In this document: positions 1 to 15,454 of the stretch, one piece after another | Numbering within the stretch: position 1 is the stretch's first letter | Layout: every line of letters starts with the position of its first letter | From: Zygnema circumcarinatum SAG 698-1b | Lineage: Eukaryota; Plantae; Zygnematophyceae | Assembly: GCA_037447605.1 (NCBI GenBank) | Contig: CM074805.1 | Location: 124,001-188,000 of the forward strand | DNA: 64,000 nucleotides | Reading direction: 5' to 3' | Made by a program: the position numbers and the translations under genes | The notes under the pieces: generated by a model | What the model was told of the DNA's origin: nothing | The model's database searches: none | What the model saw: only the letters and a program-made list of their open reading frames with translations

Positions 1-173
1 CACTAGAGCCGGAACTTGTACGAATGCAGGCCTTCACGATTCAACGTGATGGAGGCACTCTTAACTCGAATAGAAAAATCCCACTTTATTTGACTGGTGA
101 ATCGGCCATTGAAGTATTTTTCTCATTTGAATACACGAATCAATGCCCAGCAAACGTGCGGCTTATGCCGTAC

Positions 174-1041
174 AAGAAGTTCGCGCCCGAAACTGACCTT
201 GGAAACCAGAGTAGTGTTCACTCCCGCCCAGACCATACAGAGCAGAGAAGTAAACTGGTTTCGTGCCATAGAGTCCCCAACAAACAGAAAGTGCCGGCCT
301 CGCATACGCCTTCGAAAGTCCGCTGCATTAAATCTGCCCAAGGTTGTCCATGTCAGCTGAGGAAATATAGAAACACAGACAAGCATGGAACATCAAGGTA
401 AACAAGTAGCATCAGATAAGTTCACAGGAATGATAACGAATCGAATCCGCATTCAATGTCATATTAATGAATGGAGAATTCGTCCTTGAACCGAGCAGAA
501 GCCACAAACTCATCGTGCATGAGGAGTCTTGGGAGCACTATTAAAGTGCTCCCTACAAAGGAGCACGCACCTCAACATTCAAATTACACTATTGCAGAGG
601 ACAAAAAGACAGACAAAAAAGTCTACTTAGACTCCATTTGCGCAGATCATGACATTAGTACTAAGCCATAATCGTGATCGACCTCGTTATATTGCAGCCA
701 TGCGGCTGCCACCTCAGCTTCGTGAACGTGAAGTCTGTGCGGCCCATAGCTTGGCAGTGATGCATGGTGTCATTCAGAGGACAGTTTGATCTGGACCAGA
801 GCGGATATCTTTCATCGTAAACCCATCGGCCCGACCACAAATCGCACTTGCTTGAAAAAGAACTTCGCTGTGCGGCTTCCTCCGGATTGTCCGCAAAGTG
901 CTTTCGAACCCAAGAATGAAGCTCATTGAAGTCTAGACCGACTAGGAACTGGGTGTAGCTGCCTGAACTAGGTTTTCTAGATGCTGCTCCTCCCCGCAGC
1001 ATTGAAACTGAAAGAACGGAACAGCTATTGGTTAGAGACAT
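174..1041 (-). CDS. Trichome birefringence-like (TBL) / PC-esterase polysaccharide O-acetyltransferase, 5' part; gene probably continues off the left edge
   Basis: Exon 683-1041 encodes a PMR5N-like domain (CDLWSGRWVYD..YPLW...CP......C...GRTD..F.KLRWQPHGC). A phase-2 GT-AG join leads to exon 174-333 with RF.A.DF...MRGRHFLFVGDSMARNQF.SLLCM (GDS motif). The C-terminal DxxH motif is not in the window. Confidence 0.9.
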
Positions 1042-1072
1042 TCTTTCCTTCCTTCCCTACATCCAATGGCAG

Positions 1073-1075
<3 letters not shown>

Positions 1076-1138
<63 letters not shown>
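1076..1138. repeat. (CT)n microsatellite
   Basis: Perfect dinucleotide run just upstream of the TBL ATG. Confidence 0.97.
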
Positions 1139-1146
<8 letters not shown>

Positions 1147-1539
1147 GTCTCTCCCTCTCTCCTTCTCTCCCCCTCCATTTTACGTAATGGTCACCTCCTC
1201 CCCTCTGTCTCACCCTCTCTCTCGCTGCACCCATGTCCGCCCGTCCTCCCGCGCCTTGCCCTGAACAACAGGAGGCCACCCTTACCTCCGTACAGGGGCC
1301 AGTAGAGAAGCGCGCACACGAGCCCCGCGAGGCACAGCGCCGCTCCCATGTTCCTCGCCCTCCTGTTCCTGCCGCCCGGCGCGCCTGGCGGCCCATCCTT
1401 CCCGCTCCTCCGCATGGCGCGATGGCGGACCTCGGGCCCGCTCTCTCCCTCTTCCCCGCCTGCCTGCCGGCCCGGGCGGGCAGGGGCGGGGGCGGGAAGC
1501 GGCAGGCGCGCAGGCAGTGGCCGGCCTCTTCCACCTCCC

Positions 1540-1818
<279 letters not shown>

Positions 1819-1991
1819 GGGCGGACCCGCCCTTCCCGCTCAGCGCTCGGCCCCGTCCTTCCGATCGCGGCTGGCTGGCTGGCTGCCTGCCTGCCTGCCT
1901 GCTTGCCTGCCCGTGCGAAGGGAGGTTCGAAAGCGCGGAAGGCGGGCCACGTTCCGCTCCCTCCCTCCCAGTACAGTACCTGCCTCCTCAG

Positions 1992-2366
1992 TAGGGATGG
2001 CCCGCGTTATAAATTCCGAATATATTATATAATTTACAACGGGTTTAAAATTAGTAATATATTACAAACTAAAACAATTTATTACATATATTATACCCAC
2101 TCGTTTTGAACAATTAACGACCGGTCGTACGGTCGTACGGTCGTACCATACTATTATTAGGTCGTTTTGGCGTTGGCGTTGCGAAATGCGTCCGACTGGT
2201 TCACTCTGTCTGCTCGTGCTCGGGCCGCATAATACCGTACAGTCGTACGACCGTGCGACCGTACATGTTGTAAAGGCGTTGTAAATTAATATATATCAGC
2301 CGTTATCTAGTCGTCACAGTTGTATAATATAATATATAATATATAGTCGTAACTAATCCATCCCTA
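1992..2366. mobile_element. Non-autonomous hAT-superfamily element (MITE), 375 bp
   Basis: TIRs TAGGGATGG (1992-2000) and CCATCCCTA (2358-2366). Perfect 8-bp TSD CTCCTCAG at 1984-1991 and 2367-2374. AT-rich subterminal segments and internal inverted CGTACGGT/ACCGTACG-type repeats. TAGGGATG ends with an 8-bp TSD are Ac/Ds-like hAT hallmarks. Confidence 0.92.
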
Positions 2367-3569
2367 CTCCTCAGTACCTCCCTCTCTTGACTTCAGAGAG
2401 GGAGGTACCCCTCCCTCAGTACTGTACCTCCCTCCTCGGTACCTACCTCCTTTGACTTGATGGAGGGAGGTACCGAGGGAGGGAGGGAGGGAGAGGGAGA
2501 GGATGGAGGGACGGGCCGCAGCCGTATGTCGGCGCGAGCGTGTGCGAGAGCTTGGGCTTGGAACAAGGAGCGTGCGTGCGTGCGTGTGCCAACCGCGGCC
2601 AGAGGCGAGGCGAGGCGAGGCGAGGCCTGGCCTGGAGCATGCATGCGTGCATGTGCCATGAGGTGCGGCCAGCTTACGGCGGCCGTCAACCACTCAAGTT
2701 CCAAGGTGCAAGGCGCGGCCGCTCTCTGAGGTGGTGGTGTGGAGGCCATGGAAAACATGGAAGTGTCATCCACACGAATAGAGTGAAGGCGGAGTTGATG
2801 CACAACCTGTCGTCTTTCACTTTGTTTATCTACAACGAAATGTATCTGCACTAGATCCCAGCACTTTCGAGAGTGTTGGTTCCAGATCACAATTCGCAAA
2901 GCTTGAGCGGGGACAACGCCACGGGCCAATCAAAGGGTTGTACAGGAGGGTCGGCGTGACACGGCCACACTAATCGCACTCCGGGCAAGATACGCAACAC
3001 ACTTACAGACACCTCTAAAACGGCAGTCCGTTCTTCTATTGACATCCATCCCGTGCGCTGCTTAGTATGGGTGGCTTGAGCACGATGCACTCTGCCTTCA
3101 TGGTGTTTCAACAACACACCGCACGCGGAACTCCTACACAACAATAGAATAAAGGTGATAATGCAGAAAACAGGTCCTTCATGCCATCAGTCAAACGCTC
3201 GGCCATAAGATAATTCATCAATGTTAAGAACCTCGCAGTGAAAATGAGGGAAGCCGGTACACACCGGTACTGTTTGCTGCCATTGACCCCCTGCGCCTAA
3301 CTGAACTGCTAACTGGGAACTGACACTTTGAATCCTCGATGCCACAACACATCAGTCGAGAGAAAAGTAAGTGGCTCATGACATGGCTCCTTTCGTGAGC
3401 AAGAATTCCCTGCTCAACTCCCCAAATGTAACAGAACACTTGGCGCTCAACCGGCCGTGTCGATTGCGTGATCGCGTGCATGAAAGCACATATTTCTGGG
3501 GCTGTCGCAAGGAGACCAATCCTTCCATTGGTGAAGGACGCCTGTAAGTAGACTACATTCTGCATTCTC

Positions 3570-7462
<3,893 letters not shown>

Positions 7463-8037
7463 TGCTGGTGCTCTGTCTCCTCTCCCTCGCCTGCCTGCCT
7501 GCCTGCCTGCCTTCCTTTCCTCTCCCGTGTGGCTCCGTCCGTGTGGCCTCTCTCCATTATTTGGGGCCGCCCGCCCGCCCTTTCAAAACTATTATTGTAC
7601 GGACGGACCGTACGCGCGGCCCTCCGTCAGGCGGGGCGGGCGGGGCTGTTCCATGTCCAAATTAAAAAACGATCGCACGTGTGGGAGGGGGCCCTGGTTT
7701 CCACCTGCCGCGTGCGTGCTACAGGCGTGCTACAGTGCACGGCGCCGGCGATACAACCGAGCTACATACAGCACCGCGGCGCCGTACTGTACGGTACTGA
7801 AGTCAAGGACTCCGGTTTTTCACCGAGTCCGGACTCTGACAGTCAATGGCCGGTACCGCACGGTGCTGTAGCACAAGATAAGTGGGGTTAAACAAAGACT
7901 GCTGAGCTAGCTGCAGGTGCTGTACGGCCACTCGCGTGTCCGTGCTGAAACTGACGTAGGGTTGGGGTGGTGCTGTGGGTCTGCCTGCAGCATAGAGCCA
8001 GGATCCGGGGGATTCAGAGGTACGCGCAGCGGAAGAC

Positions 8038-8047
8038 NNNNNNNNNN
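8038..8047. other. Assembly gap (10 N)
   Basis: Run of N. Confidence 1.
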
Positions 8048-9056
8048 AAGAAGAACAAGACAACAAACCACACAGCAAATACAAATACTAAGCCCAGCAC
8101 TAAAAGACAAAGAAACATCACTGACATCCCATCTACTTAACACTGACAATAGATCTTGAGTCTTAGCAGTGACAGTCTCTAATTGGCCAACTGCCCACTG
8201 AGAGGCCTGACTGACTACGTGGAGCCTTCGGATAGGTCAACGAATGATAATCGGCGGCCTCAGGCGGTGTTCCCGAGTGCGCCTTGCTAGATGGTGTGCT
8301 GTTCCGTGGGCCGCCAACGCATGGCGCCGCCTTCTCTCAATCTCCGTTGGCAGCTCCTGGATTCCGTTGATCCGTGACACGGAAGAGGCATACGTCAAGT
8401 ACAATTGAACTGACGCAAATCCGTCGAACGCAGCTCCGTTACGCTACAGTGCACAAGGGACGGAGAGGGGGGGGGGGGAAGGAGGGAGAGGACGTAAGAG
8501 CGAGAGCGCTCTCCTCCCTCCGCCACCGACTGTCTCAACTTCGCCACCGAGGGTCCCTGCCTGGCCGCCATGGCTGACCGTACTCAAGGGTTTTCCTGCT
8601 GCTGGAAGAGCGGGACTGCAGACGGATATTTTATTTCTGCCCGATCCAGTGCGCCATTGAATGTTCACCTCAACAATGTTTCTAGATTTGCGGGCAATGC
8701 TTGCAGTCTGCCTTAACTTGTGTGTATATTTCCTTCTGCTATGGTTCAATTTCAGGATTGGAAAAGAATGAAGAGATTTAAACATTTGCCAGCATTCCTT
8801 CGACGTTTTGTAAGGTAGCTTCTGGATCCGTCCTCTCGCCCTCCCTCTTGACATGCCTAAAAGAGTAACAGAGCGCACCAAACTGCTTTATTTCGTGTTT
8901 CAAACCCCTCCTTCTGAGTGAGTCGGAGCTAGAAAAGTAACTACTGCTTTGCCCAGGATCAGCATTTAGCCAAATGGTCCTCATCGCACTGCTTTGATCA
9001 TAGCATTTCTCTTATGGCAGCAAGCTGGGAAGTTGTTGGAATAGTGCTAGTCACTC

Positions 9057-12000
9057 GTGTCTTGCAGGAAGCGCGTTAGCTTTTTGCTTCCAAGAGCATG
9101 GCAGCTGAATTCGTGCACGCTTTTGCGCGAGTGGGGTGTTGGTTGCAGGCGTACGCCTGGTGTCCTCTTGGCAGCAGTTTTCGTCAATGCAGCATTTATT
9201 TTTCTGCTATACAATGAGCTTGCACAGCTATCAGTCCCGAAGCTCTTACCCGAGAGGCGTATTCGTCGAACCGAAAATTCTTTGCTGGTCAGCGCCACGA
9301 GTTTTGTCCCTACAATTACTCAGCGCAGGTGAGAAATTTATAAAGGATCTTTTTCTACTCTTTATTTGATTAATCAGAGACGTATCTATTCACAGTGACT
9401 GTAATGTCTCAAGGAAATGGCTTTGTCAGAATGAATGACACCGACGTACCTAGGACCACGTACGTAGGTTGGCCTTCTGATGTCTTTCATTGCTCTGCAA
9501 TTAGACTCGGAGGAAGTCGCATCTCGTAATGATAATGACATTGACTCAGGTCGGCCGCAGGTTGAGAGTGTGGCCTGGCGATGTAGGATTGGTGCATTTC
9601 AGCGCCTACCAGGTGGCTTCTCAGAAGGTTGTAGCTGTGGCCCTGTCAAAGTTCAAGGAGCGTGATCAGCGAGACGTGCGAGGTTGTTTCTGGAAGTTGC
9701 CTGATGGAACGAGAATCACTGGGAGTCTGGAGGCTGTGTATCCAGGAGAGCACCACGGCAAAGACTACGAGACAGTTCTGCTGCATTGCTCCTTGTTTCA
9801 GCCAATTTTATTGATGTAAGTGACCAAATTACGCTTTGTAGCACAGCAATGTAGAAGCAAAACGTTGTTGGTAATAGAGCCGTCGCATATCAACTTGCAC
9901 GCCAGTCGCACTGTTTGGAAGTCCAGTGTGGGCACATTTGACGGAACACGAAGTGCCTGTTAGCGATGGAGAGCGTTGAAATGTAAGCAAAGGCGGGTTT
10001 GCACCGAGCTTTTTGGCACAGTCGACCAGCATTGTAAATTCATAGCAAACGATCGGGAATTGAACTAAGCACAGTGAAGATAGGAGAATGGCTTTAGTTT
10101 CACGTTATCGGAACCTTAAGTCTGAACTTTGAGTACTACGACCGGCATGTTTTGATTGTATGTCGTAGCAAGTACGATGTCATTGTAGCCAGTTGGCCTG
10201 TCCATCGTGACCAGCAGACCTTTAACTTAGAAATCCAGAAACTGTATCCATAAGCACCTCTTATTCTGGAAGGAGTGAAAAAGACGTACAACTTCATGAC
10301 AAGGTGACGTCAGGATTTGCTTTGATGGCTTCCCTTACCCAATCGAAATACCATGTTTAATCCTGATTCTTATCGGGAACAGATATTCTTTTAAATGGTG
10401 TCCGATGTCTAAAAAGTTAACTAAAGGTGCTCGTTCGGAGTTTCTGCTGATACTTTTCATTTTCTGTCTTCAAATCCCAATCTTCTCTGTGCCTGTCCCT
10501 GACCCTGTGCACCCTCCAAAGCTCTCCCTAATCGCTTTGAGTGATTATGACTTAAGTTTGTGATAGTTATTATCAAACTGATTGTGGTTGCTTTCAATGC
10601 AGGCAGGGAGGAGTCTTAAGTTTGCAAGTCGATGGTGAAGAGATGGAGGTTTTCTCTGTGACTCCAGGCACGCCTCAATGGACAGCTCCAGTAGCACCTT
10701 TCAAGCGCCAACTAAGTTACTGCGGATCTCCATTATATGGTGGCGTTGATTCACAGCGCCTCTTGGAGTGGCTGCAGTTCCACCGCGTCACGCATGGGCT
10801 AGAGGTGAGAGCATTGTAGAGAGTGCTATAGCTGCGACATTTAAGATGGGAAATGTGTGAGGTCTTTTACTTTTTTGAAAGACTGCGATTCCCAATTTCA
10901 GAAACTCGAGGTCGATGACATTTGGCTGAGTGACATAAATAGTGGTAGCCCCCTTAAGTTGGGTATCAGTTCCCGGCTGCCAGTGCTGGACTTTGCAATC
11001 GCTCCAGGTCTGCACTGGCACCGAGCCTAAGCGCTATATTAATTTCTGCGCTTCAGTCAGTCTTGGTGTTAGGTTGAGTACTTATTCATCCGTTTATGTC
11101 GGTGCTCGGTGTCTGCAGCATTTTCATTTGTATGATGCAGGAGCAATCGACAAATATGTTACAAAAGTTTTGCGACCGTTCATCAGTGAGGGAATAATGG
11201 ATGTGGCTGATATCCGTGACACTATCAAGTATGAGACATGGCTATATACTCAAGTTATGGTGGTTAATGACTGCGCCCTGCGCACGCGTGAGACAAGTCG
11301 ATGGGCACTCATGATGGATATTGATGAGTACCTACATGTCACAGAGGCCCCCCATTCTCTTCCACAATTCTTGGAGCGCAAAAGTTCATTTCCGTGGATA
11401 ACCTTTGGAAGTGTATTATACTCTATGCAAGCATGCCGGACTCTGGTATGTCCTCAAGTAGTGATCGTTCGTCTATCTTTCTCAATTTCCTGTTTGTCTT
11501 ATGTGCTTCATGGAGTGTTTCTTTTCTTTGTGAAAAGGAGTTGTCCAAGTTTAAAGAGTCCATGTGGAGATAATGGCTGCAGAATGACTCAAACTCGCCA
11601 TGGGCCGTAGAGAGGTTCGTGTTCCACGAGCAGCTCATGCACTGCAGGGACCCGGGAAAGTACAAAAGGTGCGCATACTTGAGATTGAGTCTTTGTATTG
11701 GAATTTGAAGTATCACAGCCAACGGAGTAGTTGGCTGAATGTCGCTTGTGAAACCATTGGATCAGCATTCTGCATCAATTAGAGAGGTAGCTCTGTCCTC
11801 TTCTTCTCGACCCCATCGTGATTGGCTTTAAGTTGATGAGTCCAGCGTTTGCTGGAGTCTATTCGACTCAATCCTAATTCTGCTTGCCACCACCGCTCCT
11901 GAGGCTTGACATGGCCGTTCTTGCTTGCATATTTGGCAGTCGTGAATTCTGCCTCAAGTGGGATGGCCATCGGAAGTATGTGATCAATCCGGAGCGAACA

Positions 12001-12216
12001 GAACTGGTGCAGATTCATCGCGTGATGAATCCATTCACAGGCGGCCTGGATACGTCTACCTCGCTTGTACGACTTCATCATTTCAGAGGCTTGGGGGCAC
12101 GGAGCTTGCCCGCGTGCAAAGACATCATTATGTACACAGATCCGCCTCCTGACGGCCTCGTCAGAGACTTCACCATCGCGCGCATGGCGCTCCTGGCACG
12201 CCGCAAACTGGAGTAG
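9057..12216 (+). CDS. Glycosyltransferase family 92 (DUF23), galactan beta-1,4-galactosyltransferase GALS-like; start uncertain, possibly upstream near 8570
   Basis: N-terminal TM segment (GVLLAAVFVNAAFIFLLY). Exons encode LSYCGSPLYG...LLEWL.FH, HFHLYDAG, QVMVVNDC...WALMMDIDEYL (DxDE) and KYVINPE...IH...HHFRG, which follows the GALS/GT92 motif order. Confidence 0.85.
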
Positions 12217-13215
12217 TTTTCCCCCGCTTTTGAAGGCTCTCCTTCCTGTGATGGGCTCCATTTTGGCCTTCCAAAACGACATCACATATCCGTAATACCT
12301 CAAAGGCGGCCGTCAAAAAACACGGTGAGATTCCGTCCATCAACCGGACACTGTTGCTGTTTCTGCACGATTGCTTTTTCTCTGAATTAAGATCCTTTTT
12401 TTGCAGCCTCTCGTCGCTTGTTCTGGTCAAATGTTACTCATTAGTGTTTGGTTGCCCTCATGCACCAGGCTCCCGCTTTAGTCCAGATTCGGCCCCTCCA
12501 GCAGATCCTCTCGAGCATGAACACGGCAGCAAAACCATCTCCTTTTCGCCACTTTGGTCAAAGTGACCCGAGCAAAGCCGCTTGCAGAAAGAGGAGGAAG
12601 CTGCTCCGCATGTGCCCTTATGGCACATGGGGAGTCATTATGCATAATGACTCCGTATGTTGACCAGCCAAAATCAGCAGGAGCAAGATTGCCTTGTGAC
12701 ACCTGCAATTCTATTTTATAAACTCTAATATTTTCCCTACAATTGCTATTGTTATAGAAAATTATGCCTTGTTTCTGACAAACGACAATCGACGTGTTTA
12801 CCCACAAAGGAGTAATTAAATGATTCCTCGTAGTGCAAAGATATACGTTAATGTTCCATGCCGAAGTTGCTTCTTGTTTACGTGCTTTCCTTGTTCACGA
12901 ATGGTGCTGTGATTGAATCTTTGGCGAACAAATTGCTTTCAAAAAACCTCTTTCTAGAGAGGACGATGGCAACAACAGTCGCGTTGGGTGAGACGGCGGC
13001 CGCTATGACTTTGCAGAGGCAACGGAAAGAGGCGTAGACATCAACACGGGCACATCTTGCCATGCCATGCCATGCCATACCCAAAGCGTGCGAAGAGATG
13101 TCGGAGGAAATCGCATCAGAGTGGAAGCTGAAGGGCATTCACTACACCGAAGCGGGGAAGCTGTACACCATCCCTCTACAGATAGATTTACATAAACGAC
13201 AGTGGCCGGCCCATA

Positions 13216-15006
13216 CTATCTAGAGGGCGGGCGGACCCGCCCCTCTCTGGAGTGTCTGGTTCGCCATGAACTCTTGATCCACGCGGCCGCTCTGGGAGCA
13301 GCCCACCACACGACTCGCAGTAGAACAAAGGCAGTCGCCAACAGAAGGCACATGTGCTCTTGCAGTAGCTGCTGGGGATAATGTGCCCATGGGTAAGGAC
13401 ACGGCTCGCGCGCCCATCTCCCCACGGCTGGCTCCTCGGCTTCCTCTATCATAAAGTCCGCCTGAGTGGAGTCTACGTCGCCAAGGCCTGCGCCAGGCAG
13501 ACAGTACACCACAAGACAACTTGCACCTGTGAGCTGCATGACTTACGTGAGGAGCGACTCTCTTTAGAGTTTCTCATGCCAGTGGGTTACATTTGAATTA
13601 GACATTGTTTCCCCATAAGGGTGCACTTACTGAACTCAGGCATACAAACAACCACCGGGAACTGGTCGATGTTGACGAACAAAAAACTCGACATTTCCTT
13701 TCAGCATACGACTGATACAGACTATGTTTAGAAACATAAGACAGGCCATTGAAATGCCAAAAGGATAAAAATAACGCTAGTGACAGAAAAAGAAAGCACA
13801 CCGGTAATGTTGACATAGAAACGTTGAAGGTCAGCAAGCGTTCTAGGCCCCTGATACTTGATGCGGCCTGTTCGATTGTGGATGTGGAGCGCAGGAAAGC
13901 TGTGGACGCCAACGCGAGAGAGGACACTGCAATCTCACCCACGCTGTTCAGTCACGAATATGTCGTAGGAAAAAGTCTCATGCATTAAAGAAAAGCTCAA
14001 GGCTTCATTCTTGTGGCATAGTCAAGTATTACGTGCCTGCATACAAAAGGAATTTCAGAGTACTCAAACAGCGGCCATACCTGGGGCGGAGACGCTGCTC
14101 CTCTACAGCAACATGGAAGGTGCTGGGATGCAAGACAGCCAGCGCCTCGTATGTGGGACGCAGTGTCCTTGAAAACGGGCACCAGTTGGCGTAATACAAG
14201 ACTGCCACATGCGAATAATTGAATTGGCTGCTGCCACTTCGAAGACCTTCTAGGAGGGTGCTGAGAGACGTCTCATTCAGCTGCTCAAGAGGCCAACCTC
14301 CAAAAAGACTACAAAGGTTTCAGACGATCAGAGCTTCTATGGCCAACAGTTGACGAGGATCGCAACCTCCAGACTAAAATGAGTTTCAATAAATTCGAGG
14401 GCTCCATTAATCATTAGGGTTACGTGAGTATATTTAAGCAGTCAAGACCAGAAATCTCCTTAAAAATAGTTGAAGGCTTTTGTATACTAGCTTAAATATT
14501 AAACTTTGAAATCGTAAAATGCTGGTACAACTTTCCTGCAAACAAGCATTATCGTGACAGAAGCATCTCAGACTGTCAACGTGCAACAACACAACAATCA
14601 GCCGGTCAAGTAACCGAAAAGCCCTGACAAATCAGTCCAATTGAACTTTCAGATAAGCCCCACTTATAGGCTCACACAAGTGTGCAATCCTCAGTGATAG
14701 TAGTTTCACCTCTGCTACTCCTGCCGTGGGTTCCTCTCTTTCCAGACTCCGTAATCCTCCACCCTCTCTCGAACATAGAGGACACTGCTGCGATGAATGC
14801 TTCCAAATGTCTTTCATCTCAGGAACCGGACAACGATTCGCAAGTTCTGCACATCCCCCTCTGCTTTCCTCCATTTCCTCTGTGGCGCCAGTCGCAGCCG
14901 CGAGACCCCCTAGCAGGAGAACAAAGAAAGTGAGGCATCCCCTGCTGCACAAAGTACACCTTTCTAGTAATGGAGAATGGTAAGCCATGCCTTCCCGTCT
15001 CGCCAT
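13216..15006 (-). CDS. APR-like (APRL4/5/6-type) thioredoxin-fold membrane protein
   Basis: Spliced exons give VAVLYYANWCPFSRTLRPTYEAL (about 14085-14300), VLSRVGVHSFPAL...KYQGPRTL.DLQRFY (about 13805-13930) and CPYPWA..PQQLLQE...LLLATAFVLLR (13216 onward). First exon is hydrophobic and signal-peptide-like; its junction is not fully resolved. Confidence 0.8.
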
Positions 15007-15454
15007 TTTTTCTTCGCAGCTCACATCATACACGCCGTTCCCCCTTATCGGTTTACCCTTTTCACAGTCCCCACTCACCCTTGGCCTACCTCACCCTCCT
15101 AACCCTCCTCCTCGCCCTTAGCTCAACCGACGGATCCTTCTTGTGAGCCCTCTATCCCGTTCCCCACAGCCGAGTTCTCAGTACGACCGTACGAGGGCAC
15201 CCGCTTTATTCATCGAGGATTCCAGGCCGACTTTTTCTTCGTCCGTTTCAAAGCTGAACCGAGAAAGGGCGCCAAAGTAAGGCGCGGCCCACGCCTGCAC
15301 CTCCTCGACCATTCCTTCATCACAGATGCATCCAGCGAGCTTTGTGCTTCTCATCATGTATCCGACGAAGGCCTTGCATCATGCGTTTGGTTCTCTTTTC
15401 TCGCGCTCTGAGGGGCAATGTCTGACATTGCAGCGGAACAAGTAGGAGGCGACG

